This document shows, one piece after another, positions 9,557-19,247 of a stretch of 64,000 bases of DNA (its first letter is position 1; every line of letters begins with the position of its first letter). A model generated the notes under the pieces. The model saw only the letters and a list, made by a program, of their open reading frames with translations, did no database searches and was not told the DNA's origin. This stretch comes from Gemmatimonadota bacterium (lineage in GTDB: Bacteria; Latescibacterota; UBA2968; UBA8231): NCBI GenBank assembly GCA_038128265.1, contig JAYPJE010000004.1, forward strand, positions 34,681 to 98,680, written 5' to 3'. The position numbers and the translations under genes are program-made.

Positions 9557-12327
9557 TAGTCCACCTCGGCAAAATGGGCGCGCAGGTAGCGTCCCGTCAG
9601 CGAGGCTTCCACATCGGCGACGGCGCGCGGGGCACCTTCCGCCACGATGCGCCCTCCATCGTCACCGGCCCCGGGCCCTAGGTCGATCAACCAGTCGACA
9701 GCAGCCAGCAGTTCGACGTGGTGTTCGACGACAAGGACGCTATTGCCCTCGTCTACCAGCCGCTGCAGCAACCTCATCAGCAGGCGCACGTCTTCTAAGT
9801 GCAATCCCGTCGTTGGCTCGTCCAGGATGTAGAGCGTGCCCCCCTGGCGCGAACGCCCCAATTCGGCGGCCAACTTTACGCGCTGCGCCTCACCGCCGGA
9901 AAAGCTCGGTGCCGCCTGTCCCAAGCGCAGGTAGCCCAAACCAACATCGCAGAGCACGGCCAGTCGACGAGCCACTTCGGGAACGGCCTCGAAAAATGCA
10001 TGCGCTTCTTCAACGCTCATTTCCAATACGTCGGCAATATGGCGCTCGCGAAAGCGCACATCCAATACTTCGCCGCGGTAGCGCCGTCCATCGCAGGTGC
10101 CGCATGCGCTTTCCAAGGCACCCCATAGGCTCTCGCCCAGTGCGTGCACGCCGCTGCCGCCGCAGCTATCGCAGGCCCCCTGCGATGCATTGAAGCTAAA
10201 GTGCGCTGCCCCATAGGCGCGCATGCGGGCAACGGGCAGTTCGGCAAAGAGCCGCCGTATGGGAGCAAATAGACCGGTATAGGTCGCCGCGTTCGAACGC
10301 GGCGTTCGCCCAATGGGGTTCTGATCGATGGCGATAATGCGCTCGATAGCGTCCGCCCCCTCGCAGCGATCGTAGGCCAGCGGCCGGCGGCGGCTGGCGT
10401 GCAGTTGGGCGGCCAGCAGCGGGTAGAGCGTCTCGTCGACCAACGAACTCTTACCCGAGCCAGACAGCCCGCTCACTCCTACTAAATTGCCCAGCGGAAA
10501 CGCCGCCTCATCGATGGCTAGGTTATGACCGCGAACTCCGTACAGGCGCAGCCAACCCCGCGGTGCCAGCGGTCGTTCTACAGCCGCATCGAGGCGAAGC
10601 GCGCCGCGCAGGTGCCGCGCCGTTAGCGAAGCTCCCTGTGCCACATCCCGCGGCGCACCGCTGGCCACGACCTCCCCTCCGCGCTCGCCGGCTCCGGGCC
10701 CCATATCGACCAGCCAGTCTGCCCGCTCCAGGAGCGCGCGATCGTGTTCGATAACGAGCACGGTATTGCCAGCATCGCGCAACGCTTCCAACGCGGCGAT
10801 CAGACGCTCGGCGTCACTGGCATGCAGCCCAGCGCTCGGTTCGTCCAGCACGTAGAGCATCTGCGTCATACCCGATTCCAGCGCCGCCCCCAAGCGCAGG
10901 CGCTGCTGCTCGCCGTTGGACAACGACGATGCGCTGCGATCTAGCTGTAAATAGCCAACGCCCAACGCGTCGAGCGCGTGCAGGCGCCCGAGCAAATGGC
11001 GCGAGATCTCAGCACCTACCTGCGCGCGCTCGTCGGCAACGCGCAGCCCTTCGACAAAGCGCAATGCCTCGCCGATCGGCAGCGCGCAGAGCTGTCCGAT
11101 ATTCAGTCCGTCCACCTCTACCGCCAGCGCCTCCGGACGCAGCCGCGTCCCGCAGCAGGCAGCGCACTCGACATCGCTAAAGCGCTCTTCAAACCAGGCG
11201 AGTTCATCGCCCTTGGCGCGGGCGGCAACCTGCTCGAGGCTTCGGCGCAGTCCGACAAACGCGCCGCGCCCCCTATGCCCGTCCCACAGCCTCTGTACCA
11301 CCGCGCCGTCCCATTCACCCACCGGCGCGTCCTCCTCCACTCCGTGACGCTGGCAAAAAGCGCCGACCTTCTCGCGCAGACCACCGTGGCCAAAATCGTG
11401 CCAGAGGCGACCGACTGCCTCGTCGAGCGATAGCGTCAAACCGCCCAGCACGCGCTCCATACTCATGCCAACCTGCTGCCCCAATCCGCGGCACGTCGGG
11501 CACGCCCCCTGTGCACTGTTGAACGAGAACAGAGACAGGTCGATTGCGGCAAACGCCGCTCCGCACCCCGCACAGGCCGGCTCAACGGCAAAGAACAGAT
11601 CGTCATCGACTCCCTTCCTAGCCAGCACAACCTGCCCCGCTGACAGTTCGAGCGCCGCCTGCAGCGACCCGCGCAAGCGGCGCACCGCTTCCGGTTTGAC
11701 GACGAGGCGGTCGACGACGATCTCCATGCGCTGGCCCGGCTGCAACTCGGCCGCGTCCACTTCTTCGAGCAGGCGCTCCTCCCCGTCCAGGCGCAGCCGG
11801 CGATAGCCAGAGCGGTCGACCTCTTCAATCACATCGCTCCCTGCACGGTGCGCCTCTATGCGCAGGGGCGCCAGCACCAGCAGCCGCGTTCCCTCCGCAA
11901 AACCCAGCGCTGTTTCATAGACTTCTTCGAAGCGATGGGCCTGCACCGCGGCGCCGCACGCCATGCAGTGCGGCTGTCCGAGACGAGCAAAGAGCAGGCG
12001 CACACCGTCGTACAGACCAGCGAGCGTAGCTACCGTGGAGCGCGGATGGGCACGACCTCCCCCTTGCTGCAGGGCCAACGCAGGCGCCAAGCCATCCAAG
12101 CGCGCGACCCGCGGGGGCCGCAGACGCTGCCAGCTAGCGGTGTGTCCGCCTTCCAGCGCTGCCAAGAAACGCCTGCGCGCTTCGGCGTAGACGACGTCGT
12201 AGACCAGCGATGTCTTACCCGATCCAGATACGCCACTGATGGCAACCAGCTGACGGTGGGGCAGGTCCAGGTCGACAGAGCGCAGGTTGTGCTCGGCGGC
12301 ACCGCGGATGTGCACATGGCCATTCAT
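9556..12327 (-). CDS. uvrA: Divergent UvrA-family ABC ATPase
   Basis: Two ABC cassettes (GVSGSGKTS / LSNGEQQR / LDEPS and GLSGSGKSS / FSGGEAQRVKLA / LDEPTTGLH), IGRTPRSN and CxxC zinc-finger pairs. Start refined to ATG 12327. Confidence 0.85.
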   Translation of the reverse strand: MNGHVHIRGAAEHNLRSVDLDLPHRQLVAISGVSGSGKTSLVYDVVYAEARRRFLAALEGGHTASWQRLRPPRVARLDGLAPALALQQGGGRAHPRSTVATLAGLYDGVRLLFARLGQPHCMACGAAVQAHRFEEVYETALGFAEGTRLLVLAPLRIEAHRAGSDVIEEVDRSGYRRLRLDGEERLLEEVDAAELQPGQRMEIVVDRLVVKPEAVRRLRGSLQAALELSAGQVVLARKGVDDDLFFAVEPACAGCGAAFAAIDLSLFSFNSAQGACPTCRGLGQQVGMSMERVLGGLTLSLDEAVGRLWHDFGHGGLREKVGAFCQRHGVEEDAPVGEWDGAVVQRLWDGHRGRGAFVGLRRSLEQVAARAKGDELAWFEERFSDVECAACCGTRLRPEALAVEVDGLNIGQLCALPIGEALRFVEGLRVADERAQVGAEISRHLLGRLHALDALGVGYLQLDRSASSLSNGEQQRLRLGAALESGMTQMLYVLDEPSAGLHASDAERLIAALEALRDAGNTVLVIEHDRALLERADWLVDMGPGAGERGGEVVASGAPRDVAQGASLTARHLRGALRLDAAVERPLAPRGWLRLYGVRGHNLAIDEAAFPLGNLVGVSGLSGSGKSSLVDETLYPLLAAQLHASRRRPLAYDRCEGADAIERIIAIDQNPIGRTPRSNAATYTGLFAPIRRLFAELPVARMRAYGAAHFSFNASQGACDSCGGSGVHALGESLWGALESACGTCDGRRYRGEVLDVRFRERHIADVLEMSVEEAHAFFEAVPEVARRLAVLCDVGLGYLRLGQAAPSFSGGEAQRVKLAAELGRSRQGGTLYILDEPTTGLHLEDVRLLMRLLQRLVDEGNSVLVVEHHVELLAAVDWLIDLGPGAGDDGGRIVAEGAPRAVADVEASLTGRYLRAHFAEVD

Positions 12328-12415
12328 AGAAATCGAACCCGCTTTTCCGCTTGACAGAAAGTCGATATCTCCTTTACTAACAAAAAGTACGTCTTTTCCG
12401 GAGGTGCATCGAACA

Positions 12416-13198
12416 TTGCCTAAGAGATCGTGCCGTTTTGCCGCGCGCGCGCGCCGACTCGTCGCCTGTGTGGCGCTTTTATACGCCGCCTCATCACCTG
12501 CACAAATGACCATCACGGGCACGTCCGAGGCCGGGCGACGCCTGTTCTACTCGCCAACAATCAGCACCAACGGCCTCTCCTGCGCACACTGCCACGCCGA
12601 CTTCGACGAAAGCAAGCACGATGACGGCCTGATCCGCGCGGGCCACAGCCTCTTTAGCGGCTACTATCGGACGACCTGGTGGGGCAAGGATCCGGAAGCG
12701 GACGATGCCTATGCCACCATCGACGAGGCCGCCGTCGTCTGCGTGCTTCACTACATGCGCAACAAGGACAAGTTAACCGCCCAGCAGCAGCTCGACCTGC
12801 GCGCCTATCTGAAAGCCATTTCCCAGCGCGTCCTGTATACCCCGCTGGCCATTGCTCCGGCGGCGGACCAGACGGGAGAATACGCCGGCTTTGACGGCGG
12901 CAATCGCCTCAACGGCAAATCGCTGTTCTATGCGGCCTGCCATAGCTGCCATCCCAACGCCAATGCCGGCATCGCCCCCGCCCCTATACCGCGCGACAGA
13001 GAACCGGCCTACTATGCGCGTATCATTCGCGAGGGAGACGGGCTCGGAGCCGTTCTGTCGGGGATTGATCCCAATGCCTACAGCTACAAGAGCGGTCGCT
13101 TCAGCCCATTTTTTGGCGCCGATCGCCTGAGCGACGCGCAAATCCGCGACATCATAGCGTACATCAAGAGTCTGCCACCGCCCCCGAGCGCAAACTGA
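12416..13198 (+). CDS. Periplasmic diheme c-type cytochrome (TsdA/SoxA-like architecture)
   Basis: Two CxxCH motifs (CAHCH, CHSCH). A signal peptide follows TTG 12416 (GGAGG upstream). Its 3' end overlaps the convergent gene by 35 nt. Confidence 0.8.
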   Translation: MPKRSCRFAARARRLVACVALLYAASSPAQMTITGTSEAGRRLFYSPTISTNGLSCAHCHADFDESKHDDGLIRAGHSLFSGYYRTTWWGKDPEADDAYATIDEAAVVCVLHYMRNKDKLTAQQQLDLRAYLKAISQRVLYTPLAIAPAADQTGEYAGFDGGNRLNGKSLFYAACHSCHPNANAGIAPAPIPRDREPAYYARIIREGDGLGAVLSGIDPNAYSYKSGRFSPFFGADRLSDAQIRDIIAYIKSLPPPPSAN

Positions 13199-14402
13199 GC
13201 AGCACCCAGGCCAGGCGGACCAGGTGAAATACCAGCGTTAGCGCCATCCATCCCACCAGACCGTACCAACACGGCAATAGAGCGTCGGTTAGCGCACCCA
13301 TTGTCAGCAGCAGCAGGGCGATATTGCGCCGCGCCGCTACCAGGTGAAAGCGCGCGTCGATGGGACGGTAGTCGAAAAGCTCTCTGCCAACCCATTTCTT
13401 AAATAGCCCGCTGCAGGCCTTGTCGGCCAGAAACAGCGCCAGCATCAGCCAAGTGCTCAGCGCAATCGGTTCTGCAACAAAGAGTTGGCCACTGCTCAAA
13501 TGCCATCCCGTAGCCAGAAACCACAGACCGAGCCCCGGCATAGCAGCGACGTGTTCAAAGGTGCCCATCGCATCGCTGAGATGGAGGCGCAGACGCGCCA
13601 ACTTGCCGTCGACCGAGTCGAGAATAACGCCCCACCACGCCGTGGCCAGCCCTGCCCCCACCCATCCGCTGGCGATGAGCGGGCTGGCGCCCCAAACGCA
13701 CAGGACCGAGAGCACGGTATACACGTTCGGCGTTGAGCGACCGCGCGCCAGGTGGCGGGTGATCCAGCGCACGAGGTGATAGTAGCCGTAGCGCGCCACC
13801 CCGTCGATGGCCCCTTTAAAGGTGCGCCTGTACATCAGATGGTCGACTGTGCGCAGTTCGGCATCGGCTTGCAAAAGGAAAATATAGGCGGGCATGTGCA
13901 GGCGCAGGGACGCCACGTAAGGATCCAGATCAGCCGCAGTGCATACGGACAGGCGCGCCGCCGCCCACGCCAACAGTTCGGACCAATTCTCTACACCATC
14001 GGCCAGCTGAGCGCACTCTTCAACGGCGAGAAAGAGGGCCGCGCGCTGCCCGTCCACTACGGCGCCCCCCCTACCGCCGGCCAACACATGGCTCAGCACG
14101 CGATCGTCGTATACCGCATCGCCGGCCAGCAGGATCAGCGCCTCTTCGGCGCGCGCCAGACGCGCAAAAACGGCCGCTTCGTCGGCTACTTCTAACGCTT
14201 CGACTTCGACCTCGTAGAGCCGATGTAGGTCTGCGCGCATCTCGACGACCGCTGCCCGCGTCTGCTCGGTGACGACTAGGCGAAAGCTCCGGCAGCCGCG
14301 CAAAGCCATCTCGCGCACCTGGCGCTCGACCAGATGCATGCCCCACAGTTGGCGAGCAGACGCCGGCCGCGTTGCATCGATCCATACCGCCGGCCCGTCC
14401 AT
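13164..14402 (-). CDS. CDP-alcohol phosphotransferase family protein with N-terminal NTP-transferase-like domain (copy 1, degenerate motif)
   Basis: Motifs TPNVYT and DSVDGKLAR...S, plus C-terminal TM helices. N-terminal 'LWGMHLVERQVREM' resembles an NTP-transferase remnant. Translationally coupled to the upstream gene. Confidence 0.8.
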   Translation of the reverse strand: MDGPAVWIDATRPASARQLWGMHLVERQVREMALRGCRSFRLVVTEQTRAAVVEMRADLHRLYEVEVEALEVADEAAVFARLARAEEALILLAGDAVYDDRVLSHVLAGGRGGAVVDGQRAALFLAVEECAQLADGVENWSELLAWAAARLSVCTAADLDPYVASLRLHMPAYIFLLQADAELRTVDHLMYRRTFKGAIDGVARYGYYHLVRWITRHLARGRSTPNVYTVLSVLCVWGASPLIASGWVGAGLATAWWGVILDSVDGKLARLRLHLSDAMGTFEHVAAMPGLGLWFLATGWHLSSGQLFVAEPIALSTWLMLALFLADKACSGLFKKWVGRELFDYRPIDARFHLVAARRNIALLLLTMGALTDALLPCWYGLVGWMALTLVFHLVRLAWVLLSLRSGAVADS

Positions 14403-15112
14403 CAGCCCATCCGCGGCACGACGCGCTCGGTGGCTCGCCGGTGATCCCCTAGGGAATCGACCTCACCCCAAGCAAGATCGCCTACCTCGACGGCAAAGAG
14501 CGAACGCTCGGCAATGAGCGGCCCGTAAGCCGATGTGGGATAAGCATCTCGGTGGTTTTCCTCAACCAAGCGCACCACCTCCTGACGCACGGCTCGGGCC
14601 CCTGCAGCAGAGAACTTCACCAACTGCACGCTCTGAGCCTGGGTCTCTCGCGGATCCAAGCGCTTGCTGATGGCGGTTACGCAACCTGCTTCGTCGCAGC
14701 ATATGTTCATTTCGCCTTCTATTCGTTCAACGCTCCCATCAGCGGCAACGACATTGGGATATGGGGCGTCTACCATGCGCTTGAGGACCTGCGGTTGGAA
14801 GAGGATATCGCAGTTAAAAAGAAAGGTATCGTCGTCCAGTTCTTCGGCTGCCAAATAGAGTGAATAGATGCTGTTTGTCTGCAAATAGTCTGCGTTTTCG
14901 ATGTAGCGGGCACGCTGGCCACAGTGGGCCCGCACCTGCTCTGCCTTACAGCCGACGACCAGGACTATATCGTCGACGCCAACGGCATGCAGGGCTTCCA
15001 TCTGGTAGTTTAAAAGCGGTTTGCCGGCAAGGGTTACAAGGCATTTTGGACGATTATCGGTCAGGGGCTGCAGGCGCGTTCCCGCTCCAGCTGCCAGAAT
15101 AATAGCGCGCAT
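14402..15112 (-). CDS. Phosphocholine/inositol-phosphate cytidylyltransferase-like NTP transferase (copy 1)
   Basis: Motifs MRAIILAAGAGTRL..PKCL, TNSIYSLYLA, NCDILF and WGEVD. Confidence 0.85.
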   Translation of the reverse strand: MRAIILAAGAGTRLQPLTDNRPKCLVTLAGKPLLNYQMEALHAVGVDDIVLVVGCKAEQVRAHCGQRARYIENADYLQTNSIYSLYLAAEELDDDTFLFNCDILFQPQVLKRMVDAPYPNVVAADGSVERIEGEMNICCDEAGCVTAISKRLDPRETQAQSVQLVKFSAAGARAVRQEVVRLVEENHRDAYPTSAYGPLIAERSLFAVEVGDLAWGEVDSLGDHRRATERVVPRMG

Positions 15113-15167
15113 AGATCAAGCTCTCTTCTCGTAAAAACAACCTAAAAATAAAATCATATATTCTATC

Positions 15168-16754
15168 TTACCCTTTGTCCCACAATTTTTTATCCACAAA
15201 TTGATACCCCTTACTGACCATTTTTCGATCCTCCTCTTCAAGGCCCAGCATCCATAGCACCAACGAGTAAAGCGCAGCGAATACAGCCAGTGCCGCCAGT
15301 GCCGCCAGCACCGGCTCAGACAACCAGCCGCGCACCCACGCTCCTCCTAAAGCCGCTGCGGTCGCTGCGCCAAGCGGCTTGAGTTGCTTGACATCAAAAG
15401 GCCAGATGGCATACTGGCGATAGATCTGCGTCATGCGCAGTCCGTTAACCAGCAGCGTCGACAGCAGAGCCCCCACCGCCGCCCCCACTGTCCCCAACGA
15501 GTAAACATGGATCAAAACGATATTGAGCACAAAATTAGCCGCCAGCCAAACGATGTTATTGAGAAAGTTCAAATAGGGTCGGCCAGCCATGGCCAACAGC
15601 GGCTCGGCAAGGGCGAATGATCCCTGCAGCATCATGCTAACGCATAGCACCAGCAGGACTTTGATACCCGCAGCGATTTCCATTTCGGGCAGGGCCTGCA
15701 TCTTTTCCCCGCCAATGAGAGTCAGAACTAGATCGCCGACGATGAGCAGCGAGGCAAAAATCGGCAGGTTAATAGTTAAGATCCAGCGGAAGAGCACGCG
15801 AAAACGCGCGCTCAGTTCGCCATAGCGCTGGCCGACGGCCAATTCGCTGACAATGGAGCTAAAGATTGGATCAAACGCCTGGGGCGCTTTTAGCATGAGA
15901 CTGGCGATGCGCCGCGCCAGCGCATAGATCCCAACCATCTCTGCCGAAACAAAAAATCCAAGCATAAGCACATCTAGCTGCGTCAGCACGGCGTACAGCA
16001 GGTCGGTGACCATGACGGGAAAGGAAAAGAGAGCCATCTCTCGCCACGCCAGGCGGCTGCGCAGGTGATCGAGACACACTCGCAGCGAGAAAAAGCGCTG
16101 AAAGAAATAGGCGGCAAGGGCACTGATGCCGATGGCCATGCCCAACTGCGACCACGCAACGCCCTCCAAGCCTCCGCCCAACAGGCCGACGACCAGCCCG
16201 CTCAGCAGCAGGATCAGCGGACCGGCGACGGACATGACGTAGACGTCATAGAGAACGATGCGCAGGGCGCGAATGGCCGATATGAGCACCCAACAAGCCG
16301 CCATGAAGGGTGCGGTGAAAGCCATAATGCGCAGCGCAGGCGCAATGGGCTTGTCGTAGAATAGGGCGATGGCGTCGGCACTAAAGTAGATACCGATGCT
16401 AACAACCAGCGAACACGCCCCAACGATGTGCAAGGCCATCGCAACGGCGCGCTCGCCCTGGCCAGCCTCTTGCGTGCGCTCCATCACCACAAAGCGCACT
16501 ACGCCGCGCAGCATGCCAAATCGGGCGATTTTATTGAGCGTGGAGACAATACCCCATGAAAGCGAGTAATATCCCTGCACGTCGAGTCCCATAAATAGGG
16601 TTACGACCCAGAGAAACGCTCCGCGCGAAGCTCTACCCAGTTTGCCGACAAATGTAATGAAGCCTCCGCGCGCCAGATCCCCTATATCGCGCCGCTGCTC
16701 GGCTGCGAGTGGATCGCTAGGCTCCGCGGTAGGCGAAGACCGGTCCACGACCAC
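15168..16754 (-). CDS. Wzx/MOP-superfamily oligosaccharide flippase
   Basis: About 14 hydrophobic segments with typical 'LDVLMLG..VGIYALARRIA' and 'GTVGAAVG' motifs. Confidence 0.8.
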   Translation of the reverse strand: MVVDRSSPTAEPSDPLAAEQRRDIGDLARGGFITFVGKLGRASRGAFLWVVTLFMGLDVQGYYSLSWGIVSTLNKIARFGMLRGVVRFVVMERTQEAGQGERAVAMALHIVGACSLVVSIGIYFSADAIALFYDKPIAPALRIMAFTAPFMAACWVLISAIRALRIVLYDVYVMSVAGPLILLLSGLVVGLLGGGLEGVAWSQLGMAIGISALAAYFFQRFFSLRVCLDHLRSRLAWREMALFSFPVMVTDLLYAVLTQLDVLMLGFFVSAEMVGIYALARRIASLMLKAPQAFDPIFSSIVSELAVGQRYGELSARFRVLFRWILTINLPIFASLLIVGDLVLTLIGGEKMQALPEMEIAAGIKVLLVLCVSMMLQGSFALAEPLLAMAGRPYLNFLNNIVWLAANFVLNIVLIHVYSLGTVGAAVGALLSTLLVNGLRMTQIYRQYAIWPFDVKQLKPLGAATAAALGGAWVRGWLSEPVLAALAALAVFAALYSLVLWMLGLEEEDRKMVSKGYQFVDKKLWDKG

Positions 16755-16909
16755 TTCCCCCGTTTATGCACTGCGGCGCCGCAAAAAAGGGCGGCGCATA
16801 CCCCTAAAGTAATGCCTGAGGACAAAGTGCGTTCAAAAATTGCTCGGATTCCGCGCAATTTCCCGCAGCCAGACGGAACGACACTCCTTTTCTTCAGCGC
16901 GGCTAATCG

Positions 16910-16938
16910 TTGACGAAAAATGGCTTTATCTCTAAATT
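16910..16938 (+). promoter_or_regulatory. sigma70-type promoter TTGACG-N17-TAAATT for the rightward lipid operon
   Basis: Near-consensus hexamers with 17-nt spacer in the divergent intergenic region. Confidence 0.55.
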
Positions 16939-17112
16939 ATTCAAGATACTTCCACCTTTTTTAAAGCCGTATCCCAACACCGCTTTGAACGCAGTTTTTA
17001 TCCGTTTTGGGTTGCCTCCGGAAGCCAACCGGCCCCACTCCGATTGCACCGCGCACCGCGCGTGCTCCCCGTGCGTGAAAAAGGCCGACGCCCTGCCGGT
17101 TGCAAGCAGATC

Positions 17113-17874
17113 ATGAAAGCACTCATCCTGGCGGCTGGAAGGGGTCGTAGACTGTGGCCCTTCACGGCAGAACGGCCCAAATGCCTGCTCGATGTGGGCG
17201 GCATAACGCTGTTAGAGCGCCAGTTGCACCACCTCCGTGCAGCTGGTCTGCAGCGCATTGTCGTCGTCTGCGGGTTCGGCGTTGACAAGATCCGCTCGGT
17301 AGTCGACGCCCTGCCGTTTGCCGACGTCAAGCTGCTATACAACCCCTTTTACGCTATGTCGGATAACCTGATTTCGCTGTGGGTCGCGCGCAGTGAAATG
17401 AGCGAAGATCTCATTCTGTTGAACGGAGACAATATTTTCCACCCGGGCAGCGTGCAGACGCTGCTGCAGCAGCGCACCTCTTGCAGCCTGCTAGCAGCGC
17501 GCAAATCGAGCTATACCGACGACGATATGAAGCTCTACTTAAACGGCGAGCACGTCGCGCATATCGGCAAGTCGCTGGCCTGCAATCAGGCCGATGCCGA
17601 GTCGCTCGGCATGCTGCTGTTCCGCGACCGAGGCGTCGGTGCCCTGCGTCAGGCCCTAGAGCAAATTGTCCTCAACGACAGCGCACTCAACAGCCATTTT
17701 CCCGCCGTCATTCAGCATATGATCGACGCGGGTCACCCCTTTACCTGCTGCTTCGCCCAGTCCTTTGCCTGTTCGGACGTGGATACTCCAGCCGACTTGG
17801 CCCGGGTGCGCCGCGAGTTGCACCGCTACTGCGCTCCAGCACCCGCTTTCGCGCACGCAGAAGGAAGCGCCTGA
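17113..17874 (+). CDS. Phosphocholine/inositol-phosphate cytidylyltransferase-like NTP transferase (copy 2)
   Basis: Motifs MKALILAAGRGRRL..PKCLL, YNPFY..SDNLISLW, LNGD, DDDMK, AESLG and DVDTPAD. Start refined to ATG 17113. Confidence 0.85.
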   Translation: MKALILAAGRGRRLWPFTAERPKCLLDVGGITLLERQLHHLRAAGLQRIVVVCGFGVDKIRSVVDALPFADVKLLYNPFYAMSDNLISLWVARSEMSEDLILLNGDNIFHPGSVQTLLQQRTSCSLLAARKSSYTDDDMKLYLNGEHVAHIGKSLACNQADAESLGMLLFRDRGVGALRQALEQIVLNDSALNSHFPAVIQHMIDAGHPFTCCFAQSFACSDVDTPADLARVRRELHRYCAPAPAFAHAEGSA

Positions 17875-19247
17875 TGCGTCAGGCCCTGCTGCTATTTCCC
17901 CTGGGAGCGGACGGCGCTTCCCTAGCGGAACGCCGCGTGGCCGGCCTGCGCCTGCTCGATCGCCAGGTGCGCACCCTGGTTCGCGCCGGTGTCGAACACA
18001 TTAGTGTCGTACTGCCCGCCAGTGCGCAGACTGAGCTGACGCCGCTCACGCAGCAATTGCCCGTTCAGCTCGAGTTCGCGACCCATGGACAAACGCCGAC
18101 ACTGCCCTCCCCCGACGAGCCGTACCTGCTGCTAATGGCCGAGTATGTCCATCACCACTCTTCTCTAACCGCTTGGTTAGCGAGCTCTCAGCGGCGCGCT
18201 CCCGTCTCCGTGCACGCCACCGAACATCCCGCACAGCACGGTCCGCTGCACCAGGCCCAAGCAGGCCTCGGCGAAGTCGAGACCGAGCAGGGGGTCTTTT
18301 CGAGCGGTGCCTTCCTGTGCAGTCCAGCGGCTCTTGCGCCTCGCGACGTGAGCACCGTCGAGGACCCCTGGTCTGTGCTAGCTAAGATTGCAGCCAGCGA
18401 CGTAGAGATCGACGACGCGGGCCAAGCGCTCTGGCGCCGAGTGGATCGCCCGGGCGGAGCCAGAGCCGCGAAGGCCATGCTCTTCGGCCAGGTAACCAAA
18501 GCGACCAGCGGCTTTGTCTCGCGCCATATCAACGCGCGTCTTTCAATTCCAACCAGCAAGCTTCTGGTCGAAACCGGCCTGAGTCCGCACGCCATCACCG
18601 TGCTGCTCGTGCTGACTACCGGGCTCTACAGCGCCTACCTCATCAGCATAGCACAAGACTACAGCACGCTGCTGCTGAGCGGCATTTTATGGCAGTTGGC
18701 CGCCGTTTTTGACCGCTGCGACGGCGAGGTCGCGCGCGTCAAGCTCTGCGAGTCTAAGTTCGGCGCCTGGTTCGACACCGTCACCGACAACTTCGCCTAC
18801 CTATGCGGCTACATTGGCACGCTGGTTGGCATCAGCCGCCTGCACCCAGACGAGCCCATGTATGCCTACATAGGCGCTTCGTCGATCGCCGCCATGTTTC
18901 TGACCATCTTCGTGATGTACAGCTATGCGCACAAGACGGGCAGCGGCAGCCTGCAGCATTACCTGCGGGCTCTGACGCAGGACGTTTCCGATGAGAACAA
19001 GGGCTGGGTGCAGAAGCTGATGGAGCGCTATGGATTCGTCGCCAAACGCGACTTCTTCTCCTTCTACGTCTTTCTCGCCTGTGCGGCAAACCAACTGGCA
19101 TTGGTCTACTGGTTTTTGGTGACCGTGCTCCACCTGGCCGCAGCCGCCGTTCTCCTATCCCGGCGCAAAATGCTGCATGGCCACGGCGGACCGGACCGAC
19201 CCCGAGAGGCGGCGGGTCAACCCGCCCTAGCCGAGGATCGCCGATGA
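17874..19247 (+). CDS. CDP-alcohol phosphotransferase with N-terminal NTP-transferase-like domain (copy 2, intact motif)
   Basis: Complete motif DRCDGEVAR-x7-FGAWFDTVTD and 'GFVSRHINARLS' as in IPCT/DIPPS-type enzymes. TGATG coupling at 17872-17876. Confidence 0.88.
   Translation: MRQALLLFPLGADGASLAERRVAGLRLLDRQVRTLVRAGVEHISVVLPASAQTELTPLTQQLPVQLEFATHGQTPTLPSPDEPYLLLMAEYVHHHSSLTAWLASSQRRAPVSVHATEHPAQHGPLHQAQAGLGEVETEQGVFSSGAFLCSPAALAPRDVSTVEDPWSVLAKIAASDVEIDDAGQALWRRVDRPGGARAAKAMLFGQVTKATSGFVSRHINARLSIPTSKLLVETGLSPHAITVLLVLTTGLYSAYLISIAQDYSTLLLSGILWQLAAVFDRCDGEVARVKLCESKFGAWFDTVTDNFAYLCGYIGTLVGISRLHPDEPMYAYIGASSIAAMFLTIFVMYSYAHKTGSGSLQHYLRALTQDVSDENKGWVQKLMERYGFVAKRDFFSFYVFLACAANQLALVYWFLVTVLHLAAAAVLLSRRKMLHGHGGPDRPREAAGQPALAEDRR

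Noticed and set aside
12328..12522. N-terminal extension of UvrA overlapping the cytochrome gene
   Set aside because: UvrA homology starts at MNGHVHIRGA (12327) and the cytochrome signal peptide starts at ~12416. The overlap is an artefact of longest-ORF calling.
15144..15160. AAAATAAAATCAYATA shared with the minus strand near 2821-2836
   Set aside because: Low-complexity AT-rich match with only two instances; could be a nucleoid-protein site but cannot be supported.
17481..17873. Long N-terminal extensions of the ORF-track calls for the phosphotransferase, TolC (19930) and DppA (43622)
   Set aside because: They overlap upstream genes out of frame. Coupled starts at 17874, 20293 and 43877 give proper domain or signal-peptide starts.
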